Source: a virus (taxonomy: Duplodnaviria > Caudoviricetes). Taken from it: a stretch of 64,000 nucleotides of DNA. The stretch spans positions 192,001 to 256,000 of IMG/VR virus record IMGVR_UViG_2030936005_000025; one strand, written 5' to 3'. Shown here piece by piece: positions 16,178 to 26,015 of the stretch (positions are counted from its first letter, which is position 1; each line of letters begins with the position of its first letter). The notes below the pieces were generated by a model, which saw only the letters and a list, made by a program, of their open reading frames with translations, had not been told where the DNA came from and ran no database searches. Made by a program: the position numbers and the translations under genes.

Positions 16178-16603
16178 TTAGTGAATACGCATTGCTTCTG
16201 GTTTGGTGAGGTACTGAATGATATCTTCAAACTCTGGAGAGAAGATAACCGCATTAGCCAGTAAACCAGTATGGTTCAAACGACGACGGATTAAACCAGA
16301 CATTGACTCGTCACCATCGTGACGGTATGCATGAACAAATGCTTCAGCGATCAAAGGAAGATCGGTTTCGCGAGTATTACGTTTGACAATGAAGTCAGCT
16401 TTGTCATACACAGCAATTGCAACGAAGGCAACTGCCATTTCAAAAGTACCGGCTTCGAAAGTAATACCTTTAACAACCTTCTGGAAATTCTCAACGTCTT
16501 TGTCAGACAGTTCCAGAGCGTTATGACCGGTTAATGTACGCAGTGAACTTTGGAGATGTGCTTTCATTATTTCTTTTACCTTAATTAGCAGAGTTTTTCT
16601 CAA
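16178..16603 (-). CDS. hypothetical protein
   Basis: 141 aa; true start may be the second Met (MKAHLQ). Confidence 0.7.
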   Translation of the reverse strand: MRKTLLIKVKEIMKAHLQSSLRTLTGHNALELSDKDVENFQKVVKGITFEAGTFEMAVAFVAIAVYDKADFIVKRNTRETDLPLIAEAFVHAYRHDGDESMSGLIRRRLNHTGLLANAVIFSPEFEDIIQYLTKPEAMRIH

Positions 16604-17264
16604 CGCAGATATTATAAGCTACCGCTTCGGCTGCATCGATAATGGACTGATCAACCGGTATTTGTTGATAGAGTCTTTGAACATCCAATACGATAACTTT
16701 CAGATTACCGTCATGCCAGCCCCAGGATTTTACACCATGGGTCTTCTCGAGTACTGCTGAAACTTCAACAGAGCAACGATCGTTACTAACTTTAGTTTGA
16801 ACAACCCATTTGGGTTTATCCGCGACCACTTTGTTATGACACGGATTATATTTAGAATCAATAATACGGCCACTTGCATTTTTGATAATCAGTGAGAAAT
16901 GATCTGTTTTCTCAGTAAGGATATCGAACACTTCTTTTCTGTAGACCTTATCCTGTAAGTAAACCTTGATCATATCCGAATAGGTCAACTCAACATTGTT
17001 TAAATTGCCTGACTTAATAACCGCATCGCTAATACCCGTCAGCGCTTTAGCTGTGGTTATAATTTGATCTTTAGGGAAATAACCATACCTTATGCTAAAC
17101 AGTTCATCTAACTCTTGGAACCAACAGAGAAAGATAGCACCCATGATATCATCGCTTTGATATTCATTATCAGCAATGAATGCCTCTAATCGGGAAACTT
17201 GTTCAGCATCTGCATGATAACGACCATCAGTAATAATAGCCATGTGTTTTAAAAGATTTGACAT
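16581..17264 (-). CDS. hypothetical protein
   Basis: 227 aa; GAGGT RBS; promoter motif upstream. Confidence 0.75.
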   Translation of the reverse strand: MSNLLKHMAIITDGRYHADAEQVSRLEAFIADNEYQSDDIMGAIFLCWFQELDELFSIRYGYFPKDQIITTAKALTGISDAVIKSGNLNNVELTYSDMIKVYLQDKVYRKEVFDILTEKTDHFSLIIKNASGRIIDSKYNPCHNKVVADKPKWVVQTKVSNDRCSVEVSAVLEKTHGVKSWGWHDGNLKVIVLDVQRLYQQIPVDQSIIDAAEAVAYNICVEKNSAN

Positions 17265-17305
17265 GATGAACCTCTTGATTAAATTAGTTTAAGTTATACA
17301 TGTAG

Positions 17306-17313
17306 ATGATATA
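17306..17313 (-). promoter_or_regulatory. putative early promoter (TATATCAT)
   Basis: Recurrent motif, context AAATCAGACCTATATCATCTAC. Confidence 0.5.
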
Positions 17314-17403
17314 GGTCTGATTTACAATGCAACTAAACTATCCTTTGTAACGCGCTGTAATGCGCTCTAAGCATATGTTTGCACCAACGAAGGTGATTGC
17401 CCT

Positions 17404-19725
17404 ATGAGTCAGTTAGAAAGAGCCAAACAGGTTCTGGAGCATCTTGGGTTGAAGTACTCAAGCCTTCCTGAATACTTGATGGATGACAAGAATAAACGTA
17501 CCAAGTTAGAAGACGAAGACGATCGTGTTCTGGCTCACTTTCAAGAAGACACACTCTGGACATTAAAAACTGTCCGGTTCTTGAAAGACTTCCAACGTTA
17601 TAATGCCGGTGTTCATATTAACACCTCGAACAAATCGTTCAAACGTACGGCTGAGTTATTTAAGTCAATGGGGGTGAAGAACTACTTCTTCATGCTTCAA
17701 CTTAATAACCCCATGCTTCAAGACATTGATCCCTGGGATCCAAACCTGGATGACGTCACTAAAGCAATGATCCATGCTGAGTGTAATGAAAACATTTGGT
17801 ACATCATCCGTGAAGTGGTGATGATCGGTGGTCGCCGCTTCAGAGGGAACCGTGCGGTTGTCTCCTTTATCTGGGCATGCTTGTGTCATATCCCGACAAC
17901 GATACTGATGCCTCGTCAGTCAGGTAAAACAGTTGGGATGCAGGTACTGGCCTTTATCATGCAGTACTTCGTGGGACGTGGTTACCGTACCGGGTTAATT
18001 ACCCTGGCTGCTTCTAACCGAATGCAGTTCATTGAAGCCATTAAGAAGATACGAGCCGGTCTGCCCGATTACCTTATTAATGTCACTTATAAAGATAAGG
18101 ATGCTGGTAACGTACTTTCTTATGAAGCGTTCGGCGTAGAGTATAAGAACACCTTTGAGGTTCGTGTTCCTTCCGGTGGTCGTGACGGCGCAGAGAACGT
18201 CTCTCGTGGTGCTACACTTGAAGCACTCTTGTATGACGAACCGGCATGGACCAAGTTCATTGAAGAGATCATTAACGGTTCGGGTCCTGCGACCCTGACT
18301 GCTCAGAAAGAAGCACGTGAGAAAGGCATCCCTTACTTCACGGCCAAAGCAACTACACCAAACTCGATTCTGAAAGAAGAAGGTGCTTACATGCACAAAG
18401 ACTTCATGGAATCAACCGAGTGGCGTGAAGCGTTCTTTGACAGCTTCTCTGAATCTCATCTGGTACACCGTTTAATTAAAGCAGCACCGGTTAATACCAC
18501 TTCTCCAAAAATCGGCATGATGTTTACACACCTGCAGTTAGGTCTGGGACATGGTTGGGTTAAAGAGACAATGGATAAACTGGGTCTGTCTTGGTCTAAG
18601 GCTAAGATTGACTTGCTGATGATGTGGACGGAAGAAGGTGAGAGTAAACTCTTTGATGACTTCACTCGTGAAAAGCTTGCAGAAAGTAAGCAAGATCCAG
18701 AGTGGAATGAAGAAGTGCTTGATACCGGACTGTTTATTGACTGGTTCGTAAGCAAAGAAGGACTGGATGCGTACAGTGAAGATCCTGATGAATTCATTCT
18801 GTTCGGTATGGATACCTCAGATGCAAACAACCGAGATGCGATGACACTGGTTGCACGTCGAATGAAATCAGGTGAGAACCTGGGAGTTGGTCGCTACCCA
18901 TTGGCGTTTGCCGATGACGTAACAGAGGTCTTAAAAGAACTCTTAATTCGTATTCCCAATAGTCTCCTGATCATTGAACGTAACCGTGCAGCTCACATGA
19001 TCGAGCGTCTGCTTCTGACTTTACCTGCCTACGGGATTGATCCATTCAAACGTATCTTTAACGATATTATTCAGGATCCAATCAAGTACAAAAGTGAATA
19101 CCGTGATGTGATGGAGATTCACTTTAAACATCGCAGTAAAGAGTTCTATCTGAAATACAAACGTCACTTTGGTTTCTATACCGGACCACAAACTCGTCGT
19201 GAGATGTACGGCTTTATTCATGAGGCTGTTTCATTAACAGGAGCAGGTATTCGTTACAAACTCCTGGTTGATGAGTTGATTGGTTTGGAAGTAAACTCTG
19301 ACGGTCGTATTGACCACGGTAACAAGACTCACGATGACTTGGTGGTTGCGTGGCTGTTGACTTACTGGTTTATCAAACTTGGTTATAATAAGTCGTTCTA
19401 CGGCATTCCTCAGGGAATGACCATGACACAGATCATAACCTTGAAAGATAATGGTGACACACCACAGTACACCCGCCAACAGTTGGAGTTCTTCATTAAG
19501 GTCAAGGCACGTATCAACGACCTGACCAAAGAACTCATGACGGCTACTAATAACATGATCGCTGAACGTATTGAGATGGAAGTCCGTAAGCTCTCGGAAT
19601 TGATTCCTAAAGAGATGAAGAAAACTATTACAATCGACAGCATCATTGAGGAAGCGAAGACAGAGCGTTCTAAACGTATCGTGGCTAAGCGTTCTCGATT
19701 TAGTAGCACTATGCGTCGTTACTAA
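17404..19725 (+). CDS. terL: terminase large subunit (phiKZ gp25-like)
   Basis: Walker A PRQSGKT, Walker B LLYDE, RNase H-like GMDTS and HDDLVVAW motifs; synteny. Confidence 0.9.
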   Translation: MSQLERAKQVLEHLGLKYSSLPEYLMDDKNKRTKLEDEDDRVLAHFQEDTLWTLKTVRFLKDFQRYNAGVHINTSNKSFKRTAELFKSMGVKNYFFMLQLNNPMLQDIDPWDPNLDDVTKAMIHAECNENIWYIIREVVMIGGRRFRGNRAVVSFIWACLCHIPTTILMPRQSGKTVGMQVLAFIMQYFVGRGYRTGLITLAASNRMQFIEAIKKIRAGLPDYLINVTYKDKDAGNVLSYEAFGVEYKNTFEVRVPSGGRDGAENVSRGATLEALLYDEPAWTKFIEEIINGSGPATLTAQKEAREKGIPYFTAKATTPNSILKEEGAYMHKDFMESTEWREAFFDSFSESHLVHRLIKAAPVNTTSPKIGMMFTHLQLGLGHGWVKETMDKLGLSWSKAKIDLLMMWTEEGESKLFDDFTREKLAESKQDPEWNEEVLDTGLFIDWFVSKEGLDAYSEDPDEFILFGMDTSDANNRDAMTLVARRMKSGENLGVGRYPLAFADDVTEVLKELLIRIPNSLLIIERNRAAHMIERLLLTLPAYGIDPFKRIFNDIIQDPIKYKSEYRDVMEIHFKHRSKEFYLKYKRHFGFYTGPQTRREMYGFIHEAVSLTGAGIRYKLLVDELIGLEVNSDGRIDHGNKTHDDLVVAWLLTYWFIKLGYNKSFYGIPQGMTMTQIITLKDNGDTPQYTRQQLEFFIKVKARINDLTKELMTATNNMIAERIEMEVRKLSELIPKEMKKTITIDSIIEEAKTERSKRIVAKRSRFSSTMRRY

Positions 19726-19744
19726 AAAAAAATAATGAAGATAA

Positions 19745-19774
19745 TGAACCCCTACTCGTGAGAGTAGGGGTTCA
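19745..19774. terminator. 13-bp hairpin of the CTACTC family
   Basis: TGAACCCCTACTC-GTGA-GAGTAGGGGTTCA between convergent genes. Confidence 0.75.
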
Positions 19775-19777
19775 GTC

Positions 19778-20329
19778 TTATGGAATGGTGATCGACATGC
19801 CATTGGTTAGATAGGTGTCTTTTAACACTTTCAAGAGAACCTCAGTCAGCGCATCTTCGTATCCAGAAGAATGCGGCGCAGAGTAAGCCAGTTTATTGTT
19901 TTGATAAATATCAATAAACTTCATGCTGCCGTTCTTAGTTTCTACCGTGGTGACAGTACCATATAAACCACCGGTGAATAACGAAGTAGTGAATCGATGA
20001 TCACGAATAGTATCAAGAATAGAACCCACTTCACTTCTGATAGAGCTTTCGATATATTTACGAGCGCCCTTGATGAGTTTTTCAGTAATGACGTGGATCG
20101 GTTCATGTAAGACTTGATCATGTCCCAGTAACAGTTCTACCCTGCAAATTTCTTCACCCTCAATGGTGATGGAATAAGAGGTGTCCCCCGTAGCTGATAA
20201 ACGAATTGCTTCAACGTTATTCTCTTTCCAGAGATCGATGTAATAAGGAATGTTATCCTTACTAACTGACTTCATGGCTTCTGAAAACTTGGTAGCGATG
20301 GTGTTGAAATTTTGTTTGGTAGCGAGCAT
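19778..20329 (-). CDS. hypothetical protein (single-gene early cassette)
   Basis: 183 aa; promoter at 20370-20377; hairpins on both sides. Confidence 0.75.
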   Translation of the reverse strand: MLATKQNFNTIATKFSEAMKSVSKDNIPYYIDLWKENNVEAIRLSATGDTSYSITIEGEEICRVELLLGHDQVLHEPIHVITEKLIKGARKYIESSIRSEVGSILDTIRDHRFTTSLFTGGLYGTVTTVETKNGSMKFIDIYQNNKLAYSAPHSSGYEDALTEVLLKVLKDTYLTNGMSITIP

Positions 20330-20369
20330 AACTAAGGTCCTATTAAATTAAGCGTTGGTTAACACTTAG

Positions 20370-20377
20370 ATAATATA
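20370..20377 (-). promoter_or_regulatory. putative early promoter (TATATTAT)
   Basis: Recurrent motif, context TTCAAGTCTATATTATCTAAGTG. Confidence 0.55.
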
Positions 20378-20402
20378 GACTTGAATAAAAATAGAAACAT
20401 AA

Positions 20403-20430
20403 CTCTACTCTCCCTTTCGGAAGAGTAGAG
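20403..20430 (-). terminator. hairpin of the CTACTC family
   Basis: CTCTACTCT...AGAGTAGAG just after the stop of 20440-22194. Confidence 0.65.
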
Positions 20431-20439
20431 ACTATGAAG

Positions 20440-22194
20440 TTATGCAGAAGGTGGAGCACTGATTTGTGTACAGATCGCAGCAGAAACACCCAGCTGCAAT
20501 TCATTACCATCAGCTTCACGCAATACCCAACGAATGTACAGCGTGGTTCCTACACTCAATGCAATACTGGAGATTGGAAGTTGGTTAAATGCAGCAACCG
20601 GAATAGCGCTGCTGTATGTACCGTCTTCACGAACCAGATCGAAGTGAGTAGGTGTCGGTGCAGTGACTTCTGTACGAGGGTCGTACATCGGATCAAATGC
20701 CCAGTAACCTGCTTTAAGGAACTCATCAACGGTTGTAACGTTGGCGAAGCGTGCCGGATTACCGCCACCGGTTTGTGTCCAGAATTCAACCACCATATTC
20801 GGGAAGCCCGGTGAGTTGTAATCATGACGCACATTCCATTTACGTCCTACCGCGGTCGGTGGATTGAACAGTGTGATCGTACTGTACTGAATGAATGCCC
20901 ACGGTTCATAGATAGCAGAGACGTCACGCATGTTCAGGTTGAAGATCATCGGCTGTTCTTGACCGTACAACTGACCCTGGAACACCGGAGACGAATCATT
21001 CAGTGTAACTTTGTCAGTAACGTCACGGCAATACTTACGATCCAAGTCAGTTAACCAGTGTTTCAGTTTCCAACCTGTCTGTGCATCCCAATAAGGATAC
21101 GTGTAAATACGCGGACTGTACGCACCCTGAGCCGGCGTTGCCACAATCTCATAGAGATTAGACATGTGACGCGGCGCACCCGGTTGAGCGATACTGGCTT
21201 GTTCACCTTCACTGAAGAAGTACGTCAACACAACTGCATCAGAGATCTGACCTGGTGTAGTTGGTTTGTACTGGTTAATACCATCAAGACGGAATCCATT
21301 ATCTCCATTGAAGGAGTTAACCGGCATCTCAACAGAACTACCGTCGCTGTAGTGAACCAACGCACGGAACTCAACAGCACTCAGTGGCAAGTTCACCGGA
21401 ATAAACATGGTGTTTGGCTTGGTGCTGTTTGTGAACCACGGAGACAACAGTTCGATAGATTCGATATAACGAACGTCCAACTGATGATCACGCAGATACG
21501 CACAATGTTGAACCACCAACGGATATGTCGGAGGAATTGGACGACCAGCCTGATCGTAGTACACCAGAGTACAGCGAGTACCATTTGGCAGCGCAGCTTC
21601 GTTCTGAGTGACACTGAAGCTGTTACATCCCATCACCACGTTGTTCTGTAAGTTGTCATAGACAACCGGTGAAACACCGATCTGGTTATTCACCAAGTCC
21701 TGACCAGAATACGTCGCTGAGATGATTTCGCCTTTCTCAGAAATGATCGCACCTTTATAGATCATGGCATACGCAGCGTTAGGTGCCACCGCATTCGCAT
21801 CCACACGCGCTACAGCAGGACGAGTAGAGAAGTCGATAGCCAGAGCTAACTCTCCCTGCAAGAAGCCGTATTCGTGTTGTGGGAACAAATCGTAATCAGA
21901 GACATCTTTCTCTGGCAACCAGAAGTAGTTCTCAAACGTACTTTTCCATGTGTTATATTTATCCACATGGGTGACAATCAACATCCGGTTATCAGGAACA
22001 TCTACAACCAACTCACCCTCAAGAGGAATGATGTATTTGGCCATGTCTGATACTGGATGAATGTCGGGATCATAAATCTGGCTGAGATACCAGATTCGTT
22101 TTAAATCACCTTCGTTACGTTCTTGGGGATTGTTCCCAGGAACCACGCCGGTGGTATCGGCGGTTGTAAGCGCCTTCCCATCAAACATACTCAT
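20440..22194 (-). CDS. virion structural protein, tail/baseplate (phiKZ gp26-like)
   Basis: 584 aa, beta-rich; position between terminase and sheath matches phiKZ/SPN3US synteny. Confidence 0.65.
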   Translation of the reverse strand: MSMFDGKALTTADTTGVVPGNNPQERNEGDLKRIWYLSQIYDPDIHPVSDMAKYIIPLEGELVVDVPDNRMLIVTHVDKYNTWKSTFENYFWLPEKDVSDYDLFPQHEYGFLQGELALAIDFSTRPAVARVDANAVAPNAAYAMIYKGAIISEKGEIISATYSGQDLVNNQIGVSPVVYDNLQNNVVMGCNSFSVTQNEAALPNGTRCTLVYYDQAGRPIPPTYPLVVQHCAYLRDHQLDVRYIESIELLSPWFTNSTKPNTMFIPVNLPLSAVEFRALVHYSDGSSVEMPVNSFNGDNGFRLDGINQYKPTTPGQISDAVVLTYFFSEGEQASIAQPGAPRHMSNLYEIVATPAQGAYSPRIYTYPYWDAQTGWKLKHWLTDLDRKYCRDVTDKVTLNDSSPVFQGQLYGQEQPMIFNLNMRDVSAIYEPWAFIQYSTITLFNPPTAVGRKWNVRHDYNSPGFPNMVVEFWTQTGGGNPARFANVTTVDEFLKAGYWAFDPMYDPRTEVTAPTPTHFDLVREDGTYSSAIPVAAFNQLPISSIALSVGTTLYIRWVLREADGNELQLGVSAAICTQISAPPSA

Positions 22195-25007
22195 TGTTTC
22201 ACCTCAAAGTGTCCTTCAATTGCGACCTTACCTTTAAGGTAAAGTTCATTAACCATCTTGATAAACGTAAGCTGGTTAGGGGTAACAGTTTGAACAGAGA
22301 GATTGCTGTATGGATGAACTGTAAAGAACTGAAGATCAAACCCAAGGATAATTGGGTCGTACTTCAACATCCATTCATAATCTTTGATGACCTGGTCCAC
22401 TGTCTGTGGTGAATAAGGAACGGTTAATCCGGACGGTGTAGGTTCGGTCAAGAATCCTAAAATCAGGTCGTTCACGATTTTACTCAAGAACGGACTGAAC
22501 AAGGTATACTTGTCTTCTGCCAGATAAATCGGTGAAGTCGGCTTATACGGTTTGTACTTCACATTCTGAGTGAGGTAGTCACCAATTTGTCCATCCAGCT
22601 CAATCGCTTTATCGTAACCCCAATAGTCATCATAAAGATCGACGTACTTGTTAGCAGAGTAAATGTGCTTAACCTCGTAAGGCATGCCATTCAATGCTTT
22701 CATGTTATCGCCGTGATGAATATCCTCAGCCCAATCAACAGAGTCAGTTAAATACAGACGACCGTTGATAATGGTTTTTGTTGGACGATCAATACGCAGG
22801 TTGTAGCGACCGTTATATCCAATCACGCCATCTGCAACAAAGCCCAACTCACTGGTATTCACCAAACCACGTGGAGATAAACCGGTACCGCGATACTGAA
22901 TAAACTGAGAGCCTTCCTTCAACCACATCTTGTTAATAATGTAGACATTGGGGAAATCCATAATGTAATCCACATTCTCAATCAGAGGATGTTGGTTCAT
23001 CCAGATATCAATCTGACCTGGTTCGATAGGAAGCTGAATTCCCCCGATGCTCCACTTGAAGGTAATACCAAAACTCAGTGAGTTATCAAGGTGAGTCAGA
23101 TAGAACTCGTTATAAAGATGAATGTCATTAAAGACAACCATCCCCACCCAGTTAACTGTATCGAACAGCCAATGAATATATCCATTCACTACTTCGTACT
23201 GCGTTGGATCTTCAGTGATGTCAATCCAATCACCAACAGGATATCCGCCCGGTGGTAAATCATTACCACCTTCATCTGTGGTTTCATCAGCACGATAGAC
23301 TTTTAATTCACGCCCTTTTTCACCGTACGGATTTGTTCCATCGGTGGACACTTTGATTTCATTTGCAGTGATGTCACTTGGGTCATAATCAGGGTCGATT
23401 GCCCACTGTGCTTTATATACACGGAAGCCAAAGCCTTTACGCAAACGCACGTCGGTTTTGCTAATAACGTAACTCAACCAAGTTGAAGCCTGACCTAATG
23501 CCCACTCGACATAGAAGCCATCTTTCTCTGGCATGTACCATTGCTGGTTTACTACTGAGACTTTACGAATCAGGAGCCCATTCTTATCGTATTCATAAGC
23601 TGTAGAGCTTTCGACAAAAGTAGGAGGGATTTGGTAACCCAGTCCTGAGGTAAAAGGTGCAGTCTTATGGAAGTTATCAAAGCCTGGATCTTCAGGTGTG
23701 ATGTACGGCATGTACAGTGGAGAGTTAGACAGCGCAATACTGCAACCATGATAACCCAATGCATCGCGTACGGTCTCAGTGGTGAGTTTCTGAACGATGT
23801 CATTCAATACCAGGTTGGTTGGCGCATTCTCTAATGTCGCTGCTTGCCATTCTTTTACGTTGGCAGCCGAACCTGTCATTGCACCCAGAATCTGAGAAGG
23901 GTCTTCTAACAGATACAGGTCATTGATACGACTGGATGTCGGACCGAGCAGGAACTTCCAACGAGTACTGTGATACGCCACAGTAACCTGAATGTCAGAC
24001 ATCTTGGTTTTCTTGGTAGTGTCTTCATCAATGAGACGACCGCCCAGATACTCAATGTAGTCTGCAGCCATGCCGTAATCTTGATGTGTCAACTGACGAA
24101 CAGCATCTTCAGAGTTACGGTTAAAGTAATACGATTCGTTATTTAAGGTGTTGGTCACATAGAAGCGACAGTCCCCAAAGTAACGATATTCACGTGGTAA
24201 GTCATTGAACCCAGGGAAGAGAATAACCTTGCGTTTACTGTCTAATGTCGACAGGTAATCCGGCATCGTCTTATAGTTATAAGACAAGATCATTTCAATT
24301 GAAGGGTCATAAGTAACCTCAACCAAATCGCCAGCACGTAACACCGCTGTTTCAATTGGTTTGATCTTACCGTTGTGGTAGAAAGAGACCATCCCCATGT
24401 CATAAGCTTTCCACGCATTGTAGTTTGTCTTAATGCGTGTCCACTCATCCGCTGTTCCATAAACAGTCCCGATGTAACCGAAGCTGTACTTCAGTGCATT
24501 TTCAGGTGTCATGTTAAGAACATTGATATCCGTTGAATAACAGTGGATATAAAGATTCTTATCAAGCGGCATAGGGTAATTTTTGTTAACAGGAATAGCA
24601 ACCAGCGTCACCCCGTCGAAGGCCGGCATAATCAATGTCCCTTCACGAGGGAACATCGAACCGTCTCCTTTATATACGTCAATTGCGACGGCACGGTTTT
24701 TAGCAAACGCTGCAGCAGTAACCCAGGTATCTACCGGATACCAACTCTTGCCACGATTTCCGAAGTTCCAGAATCCTGTATCAAGTCCACCCATGGTGAA
24801 GACATGATAGAACTGGTAGGTCGTCGGCAGATACCGACGTTTACCCATATAAACGAAATCGTTAACGTAGCCCTGTAAGCCAGACACACGTGCCAGTTTT
24901 ATCTGGTACTGTGAGGGTAATTCAGGATTCCCCCACATATTGTGAACAGCATAGTCTACAAGCGGGTTATTTTCCTGGGTGTAAGTTTCTTGATAAGCAG
25001 TAGACAT
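22191..25007 (-). CDS. virion structural protein, baseplate (phiKZ gp27-like)
   Basis: 938 aa; synteny; ATGA overlap. Confidence 0.65.
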   Translation of the reverse strand: MSTAYQETYTQENNPLVDYAVHNMWGNPELPSQYQIKLARVSGLQGYVNDFVYMGKRRYLPTTYQFYHVFTMGGLDTGFWNFGNRGKSWYPVDTWVTAAAFAKNRAVAIDVYKGDGSMFPREGTLIMPAFDGVTLVAIPVNKNYPMPLDKNLYIHCYSTDINVLNMTPENALKYSFGYIGTVYGTADEWTRIKTNYNAWKAYDMGMVSFYHNGKIKPIETAVLRAGDLVEVTYDPSIEMILSYNYKTMPDYLSTLDSKRKVILFPGFNDLPREYRYFGDCRFYVTNTLNNESYYFNRNSEDAVRQLTHQDYGMAADYIEYLGGRLIDEDTTKKTKMSDIQVTVAYHSTRWKFLLGPTSSRINDLYLLEDPSQILGAMTGSAANVKEWQAATLENAPTNLVLNDIVQKLTTETVRDALGYHGCSIALSNSPLYMPYITPEDPGFDNFHKTAPFTSGLGYQIPPTFVESSTAYEYDKNGLLIRKVSVVNQQWYMPEKDGFYVEWALGQASTWLSYVISKTDVRLRKGFGFRVYKAQWAIDPDYDPSDITANEIKVSTDGTNPYGEKGRELKVYRADETTDEGGNDLPPGGYPVGDWIDITEDPTQYEVVNGYIHWLFDTVNWVGMVVFNDIHLYNEFYLTHLDNSLSFGITFKWSIGGIQLPIEPGQIDIWMNQHPLIENVDYIMDFPNVYIINKMWLKEGSQFIQYRGTGLSPRGLVNTSELGFVADGVIGYNGRYNLRIDRPTKTIINGRLYLTDSVDWAEDIHHGDNMKALNGMPYEVKHIYSANKYVDLYDDYWGYDKAIELDGQIGDYLTQNVKYKPYKPTSPIYLAEDKYTLFSPFLSKIVNDLILGFLTEPTPSGLTVPYSPQTVDQVIKDYEWMLKYDPIILGFDLQFFTVHPYSNLSVQTVTPNQLTFIKMVNELYLKGKVAIEGHFEVKQ

Positions 25008-25032
25008 TTGTTACCCCAAGATAAAATAAAGT

Positions 25033-25908
25033 TTATCGACCGGTGTAATAGAAGCCAACCGTTTGAATAAAGTTCGATACTGAACTGTCATTCTTCGGGT
25101 TCAGCTCTTGACCGACCGCGGTGTTCTGATAGATCTTCTCGGTCGCCGCACCATAGCAAATTGCTGTGAACAGAGTTGGCATTTCCAACGCAGCACCCAT
25201 TAACATGCGGAAGCCTGACGTTGCAAAGAAGATAGAAGAACCGGCCGCCACTAAACCACCCAGGTCTAAGCGAGAGAGGCTAAATAATGAAGGCTCGTTT
25301 TTGATTGCGTTCAGCAGATCTGTCAGATTACCCAGGTATCCTAAATCAGCGATGATATTTGAAACATCAGACTGAGGGACACGCAGTGATCGAGAGATGG
25401 CATTCTGACTCACAAAGGTGTAATCCACCGATGGATCTTCGAACAGGCAAACATAGTAGTGTGCCAGAATGATGCGCAGTGTCATCTTCTGGAGAACGTC
25501 CAACGTTACTGTGCGTGCGAGCGCATTACCAAAAGCGTTAGCAAAAGCTTTCAGTGTATAAGGGCGCACTGTCTTAACCAGTGTGAGATTGTTACGCTGT
25601 AAATCTTGCTGCAATATAGAAGCAAGCAACATCACGTTGTATTCCGGTACGTTGATATTGCGACCTGCTGAGTTAAAGTAGGTACGCTGATCAAGTACTG
25701 TCACTGGTTCACGTTTGTAGTTTAAAACTGAGATTGGATAGACAAACTTTGGAAGTCCGAAATCGTTTTTATGATCGACACCATAAACACCGCGATTGTC
25801 AATTTGATCCAGTCGCTGCGTGGTTTGGAGCAGCTTTATTGTTTCGGCTACTTTATCCTTGATTGCGAACTTGCTACCCACGGTAGTCTTGTAACCATCT
25901 AGAATCAT
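25033..25908 (-). CDS. virion structural protein (phiKZ gp28-like)
   Basis: 291 aa; divergent from the sheath gene; synteny. Confidence 0.6.
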   Translation of the reverse strand: MILDGYKTTVGSKFAIKDKVAETIKLLQTTQRLDQIDNRGVYGVDHKNDFGLPKFVYPISVLNYKREPVTVLDQRTYFNSAGRNINVPEYNVMLLASILQQDLQRNNLTLVKTVRPYTLKAFANAFGNALARTVTLDVLQKMTLRIILAHYYVCLFEDPSVDYTFVSQNAISRSLRVPQSDVSNIIADLGYLGNLTDLLNAIKNEPSLFSLSRLDLGGLVAAGSSIFFATSGFRMLMGAALEMPTLFTAICYGAATEKIYQNTAVGQELNPKNDSSVSNFIQTVGFYYTGR

Positions 25909-26015
25909 GTCTCTAGTCCTGAAATAATGTTATGCGTGTTAACGTTAACTGTAATGCCCGAATTTTGGGTCATACGATTGATTTTTTTGATCAAAAAAAT
26001 TAATGAGGTAGAACA

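Noticed and set aside
12720-17400. phiKZ-type late promoter TATG upstream of core genes
   Set aside because: A 4-mer is too frequent to call without TSS data
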